Of a stretch of 64,000 bases of DNA, positions 60,308-64,000 are shown one piece after another. How positions within the stretch are numbered: position 1 is the stretch's first letter; each line of letters starts with the position of its first letter. Under the pieces are notes generated by a model, which was not told where the DNA came from, ran no database searches, and was given only the letters and a program-made list of their open reading frames with translations. Origin of the DNA: an uncultured Candidatus Saccharibacteria bacterium (GTDB lineage: Bacteria; Patescibacteriota; Minisyncoccia; Phycocordibacterales; UBA918); assembly GCA_964350735.1 (NCBI GenBank), contig CAYGKO010000002.1:26134-90133 (forward strand). The letters are read 5' to 3'. A program made the position numbers and the translations under genes.

Positions 60308-62203
60308 ATGGCAAAAATTTTAGGAATTGACCTTGGAACTACAAACTCAGCGATGGCTATTATCGAAGCTGGAGAACCGGTTATTATTGAAAATAACGAA
60401 GGTAACCGAACCACTCCTTCAATTGTCGCTATCTCTAAGAAAGAAGAGCGCTTAGTGGGGCAAATTGCTAAACGACAGGCGGTGACTAATCCGACTAATA
60501 CCATTTATGGTATTAAGCGTTTCATGGGTCACACCTACGCAGACGAAGTAGTTCAGAAAGACAAAGATGTTGTACCGTACGAAATTAGCGCTGGGAAAGA
60601 TGGTGGGGTTGAAGTAAAAATGGGCGAAAAGAAATATCGTCCAGAAGAAGTATCGGCGATGATTCTCTCTAAAATGAAAGCCGATGCGGAAGCCAAAACT
60701 GGAGAGACTATCACCGAGGCAGTAATTACTGTTCCTGCGTACTTTAACGACAGCCAACGTAAGGCCACCCAAGACGCCGGTAAAATTGCTGGTCTGGATG
60801 TAAAACGTATTATCAACGAACCAACCGCTGCTGCGCTCTCATACGGATTTAACAAAAAGAAGGACGAAAAAATTGTCGTATATGACTTCGGTGGAGGAAC
60901 CTTTGACGTTACTGTACTTGAAGTGGGAGATGAAGTGGTAGAAGTGCAATCAACTGACGGTGACGCGCACATGGGTGGTCGTGACATTGACCAAGACATT
61001 GTGAAGTACTTGATCAGTGAATTTAAAAAGGAAGAGGGAATAGACCTCAGTAAAGACCCGCTCGCTCTACAGCGCCTCGACGATGAAGCCGAGAAAGCTA
61101 AGAAAGAACTATCAAGTTCTGGCGAAACTGAAATCAACATTCCGTTTATTGCCAATGTTGATGGTACTCCAAAAAATCTACTCATTACGCTCACACGCTC
61201 AAAACTAGAAGAGCTAGCGGCTGAATATATCGATCGTTCAGTTGAAATTACAAAGCGGGCGTTAGAAGCATCTCCGTTTAAAGCTAGTGAGATTGATGAA
61301 ATCATTCTCGTTGGTGGTCAGACGCGTATGCCAGCAGTTCAGGCAGCAGTAAAGGAACTCTTCGGTAAGGAGCCCAATAAAACAATCAATCCAGATGAAG
61401 TTGTAGCTCTTGGGGCTGCTATCCAGGCTGGGATTCTCCAGGGAGACGTTCAGGACATTACTCTAGTTGATGTAATCCCGTTGTCTCTTGGGATTGAAAC
61501 TATGGGTGGAGTAGCTACAAAGCTCATCGAAAAAAACTCACATATTCCAACCAAGAAAGAGCAAGTATTCTCAACCGCAGCTGACAATCAAACCTCAACT
61601 GAGATTCATATCACCCAAGGAGAACGTCCGATGGCAGCTGACAATAAATCTCTCGGTAAGTTTGTGCTCGATGGTATTCCACCAGCACCACGAGGTGTGC
61701 CCCAGATTGAAGTGCAGTTTGACGTCGACAGTAACGGTGTGCTCAATGTGACGGCGAAAGATAAATCTACTGGCAAGGAACAATCTATCCGAATTGAAGC
61801 TAATTCTGGTTTGACTGAAGAAGATATCGAAAAAATGAAATCAGATGCCGAAGCGCACGCAGACGAAGATAAGAAAAAACAAGAAATCATCGAAGTTCGC
61901 AATGTAGCTGATCAAATGATTTACACTGCTGAAAAGTCAGTTAAAGATCACGGGGAAGCCGCCGGCGAAGAAATCACAAAGAGTATCAATGAAAAAATCG
62001 CTGCTCTAAAAGAGGTTAAAGACCAAGACGATAAAGATGCTATCCAATCAGCCTCAGAAACACTTTCAACTGAGATGCAGAAAATTGGCGAAGTGATGCA
62101 AAAGGCTGCCGAAACCGAGGCGGCTCCAGCTAGTGACACACCGGTCGATGACAACGAAAATGTCCGAGATGCAGACGTAACTGAAGAAGAGAAAAAAGAC
62201 TAA
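60308..62203 (+). CDS. dnaK: chaperone DnaK
   Basis: [32 protein letters not shown]. Confidence 0.98.
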   Translation: MAKILGIDLGTTNSAMAIIEAGEPVIIENNEGNRTTPSIVAISKKEERLVGQIAKRQAVTNPTNTIYGIKRFMGHTYADEVVQKDKDVVPYEISAGKDGGVEVKMGEKKYRPEEVSAMILSKMKADAEAKTGETITEAVITVPAYFNDSQRKATQDAGKIAGLDVKRIINEPTAAALSYGFNKKKDEKIVVYDFGGGTFDVTVLEVGDEVVEVQSTDGDAHMGGRDIDQDIVKYLISEFKKEEGIDLSKDPLALQRLDDEAEKAKKELSSSGETEINIPFIANVDGTPKNLLITLTRSKLEELAAEYIDRSVEITKRALEASPFKASEIDEIILVGGQTRMPAVQAAVKELFGKEPNKTINPDEVVALGAAIQAGILQGDVQDITLVDVIPLSLGIETMGGVATKLIEKNSHIPTKKEQVFSTAADNQTSTEIHITQGERPMAADNKSLGKFVLDGIPPAPRGVPQIEVQFDVDSNGVLNVTAKDKSTGKEQSIRIEANSGLTEEDIEKMKSDAEAHADEDKKKQEIIEVRNVADQMIYTAEKSVKDHGEAAGEEITKSINEKIAALKEVKDQDDKDAIQSASETLSTEMQKIGEVMQKAAETEAAPASDTPVDDNENVRDADVTEEEKKD

Positions 62204-62218
62204 GTTAGAGATTCTGAC

Positions 62219-62246
62219 GGTGGAAAATCATATCTGATTTTCCACC
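62219..62246 (+). other. hairpin between dnaK and dnaJ
   Basis: GGTGGAAAATCA-tatc-TGATTTTCCACC, no strong U-tail; possible mRNA-stabilising or attenuating stem. Confidence 0.55.
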
Positions 62247-62273
62247 TTACAGAGCACTTAACGCTCAATCTAT

Positions 62274-63341
62274 ATGGCACAACGAGATTACTACGAAACC
62301 CTTGGCCTCCAAAAAGGAGCTGGGAAAGATGACGTGAAAAAGGCTTTTCGCAAGCTTGCTGCGCAGTATCACCCTGACAAAAAAACTGGTGATGAAGCTA
62401 AATTTAAAGAAATCAGTGAAGCCTATGCGGTATTGTCTGATGAAAAGAAAAAGGCTGAATATGATGCGTACGGACAGGCCTTTAATGGAGCTGGTGGTAG
62501 TGCTGGACAAGGTTTTGGTGGATTCGACTTTAACGGCTTCCAACAAGGTGCTGGCCAAGGATTTGAATTTGACATCAATGATATATTTGGCGAAATGTTT
62601 GGCGGTGGCGGACAACGACAAGCTCGAGGACGCGACATTTCTATCGATGTAGAACTGCCATTCAAGGACTCTATCCAGGGCACAGTTCGTAAGGTTCTCC
62701 TGACAAAGAATAACACTTGTGACGAATGTACTGGATCGGGTGCCAAGACTGGCACTGAAATGAAAACCTGCGATACTTGTAACGGAAATGGAAAAGTGCG
62801 GGAAACACGACAAAGTATCATGGGTAGTTTCCAGACAGTTCGTGAATGTAATACCTGTAACGGAACGGGGAAGATTCCAAAAGAACGTTGTGGTCATTGT
62901 GCTGGCATGGGAGTGCGTCGTAGTGAAGAAGAAATTGAGATCAACATTCCTGCCGGTATTCAACCTGGCGAAATGATTCGCATGACTGGTCGCGGAGAAG
63001 CGATTCCGGGTGGTACACCAGGCGATTTATACGTTAAAGTGCACGTGAAGGCCCACGACACCATTAACCGTGAAGGAGCTAACTTAGTCTCTCAATTGCC
63101 TGTTAAATTAACTGATGCCCTCCTCGGTAATACTTATTCAATAGAGACACTTGATGGCGCTGTCGAGCTCAAGATCCCCGCTGGCGTAAAGCACGGCGAA
63201 ATGCTCCGTATGAAAGGGAAGGGAGTGCCTCAAAACGGCCGACAGGGTGATTTCTTAGTAAAGATCCAAATTGAAACACCAGGGAAGCTCTCTAGAAAAG
63301 CCCGCAAGCTAGTGGAAGAGCTTAGAGAAGAAGGCATATAG
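62274..63341 (+). CDS. dnaJ: chaperone DnaJ
   Basis: J-domain HPD, G/F region, four CxxCxGxG repeats. Confidence 0.98.
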   Translation: MAQRDYYETLGLQKGAGKDDVKKAFRKLAAQYHPDKKTGDEAKFKEISEAYAVLSDEKKKAEYDAYGQAFNGAGGSAGQGFGGFDFNGFQQGAGQGFEFDINDIFGEMFGGGGQRQARGRDISIDVELPFKDSIQGTVRKVLLTKNNTCDECTGSGAKTGTEMKTCDTCNGNGKVRETRQSIMGSFQTVRECNTCNGTGKIPKERCGHCAGMGVRRSEEEIEINIPAGIQPGEMIRMTGRGEAIPGGTPGDLYVKVHVKAHDTINREGANLVSQLPVKLTDALLGNTYSIETLDGAVELKIPAGVKHGEMLRMKGKGVPQNGRQGDFLVKIQIETPGKLSRKARKLVEELREEGI

Positions 63342-63510
63342 CGTTAAGAAATGATGTCCTTGCTGACATCATTTTAGCTATATGAGCCGGAGATATATTT
63401 TATTTCCTTTCCTAGAAATAAAATCATCGAGGCGGGACAGCAGATTCTTATGAGTACAATGAATTAGAAATCTGCGTTCAGCGCAAGAAATCGCACTTAA
63501 GTCCAAACTA

Positions 63511-63927
63511 ATGCCGTATCAAAACACACAATTTGACTTTGGGGATGCCAGGCAGCCTCAGAGTCTTTTTGTATTACATGAAAAAATTATCGAAGATCGG
63601 GGAAGTAAATACTCAGTGAGTATTGGTAGGGTTGAGAACAAGGATGACATCAAACAATTCCTCAAAACTCTCAAGCAAAATAAAAAATACGCCAAAGCCA
63701 CCCATAACTCCTGGGCAGTACGCATTGCACGTGAAGGCACCATCTATGAAAGTAAATCCGACGATGGAGAGACCGGAGCTGGCATCGTGATACTGCGGGT
63801 ACTACAAAAAACCGATGTGTCTAACTGCATTATCTGTGTGACAAGATGGTTTGGAGGAGTGAAGCTAATGGGAGATCGATTCAAACATATCCAAGACGCT
63901 TCTCAATATGCAATCGATAAGATCTGA
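63511..63927 (+). CDS. YigZ/IMPACT family protein (N-terminal domain only)
   Basis: SKY, ATHNSWA.R, DDGETGAG and VTRWFGGVKL motifs. Confidence 0.88.
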   Translation: MPYQNTQFDFGDARQPQSLFVLHEKIIEDRGSKYSVSIGRVENKDDIKQFLKTLKQNKKYAKATHNSWAVRIAREGTIYESKSDDGETGAGIVILRVLQKTDVSNCIICVTRWFGGVKLMGDRFKHIQDASQYAIDKI

Positions 63928-63967
63928 TCTTGGCTTGATAAACCTAAAATAATCAGTATAGTAATAA

Positions 63968-64000
63968 ATGGCATTAACCCTTTCAAGGAGGTCGCTGTCA
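63968..64000 (+). CDS. possible CDS start, truncated by the window end
   Basis: ATG five nt after TATAGT; frame open to the window end. Confidence 0.3.
   Translation, partial: MALTLSRRSLS

Noticed and set aside
60553-62963. Long antisense ORFs opposite dnaK and dnaJ
   Set aside because: Typical antisense open frames caused by codon bias in conserved chaperone genes

Overview
Gene-dense, mostly + strand, 64 kb chromosomal segment of a reduced-genome bacterium. The gene content and style (uvrB/uvrA/short uvrC, F-type ATP synthase with truncated delta and epsilon, Nudix-inserted LeuRS, C-Ala-less AlaRS, sigma4/HTH protein, FtsA-like plus baseplate-J-like pair, near absence of Shine-Dalgarno motifs) point by inference to Patescibacteria/CPR, probably Parcubacteria. 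TGA is used as stop, so the code is standard code 11. Housekeeping content: tgt, uvrABC, ddl, tRNA-Ala(UGC), atpBEFHAGDC, an RND pump pair, ychF, leuS, mltG, mnmA, pepF, alaS, infA-rpmJ-rpsMKD-rpoA-rplQ-rplM-rpsI and grpE-dnaK-dnaJ. No CRISPR array, integrase or transposase was seen. The most interesting signals are: (1) several unannotated structured intergenic RNAs, including a two-hairpin kissing-loop RNA before ychF, a rod-like leader before atpB and a 6S-like RNA between rpsI and grpE; (2) a palindromic element built from copies of the tRNA-Ala 3' end; (3) a receiver / double-anchored Ig-repeat surface protein with a histone-like tail / histidine kinase module between uvrB and uvrA; (4) small orphan membrane or secreted genes inserted within the ATP synthase operon; (5) widespread leaderless-type promoter architecture. 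All RNA structures were paired by eye, and protein family calls come from motif recognition, not database searches.
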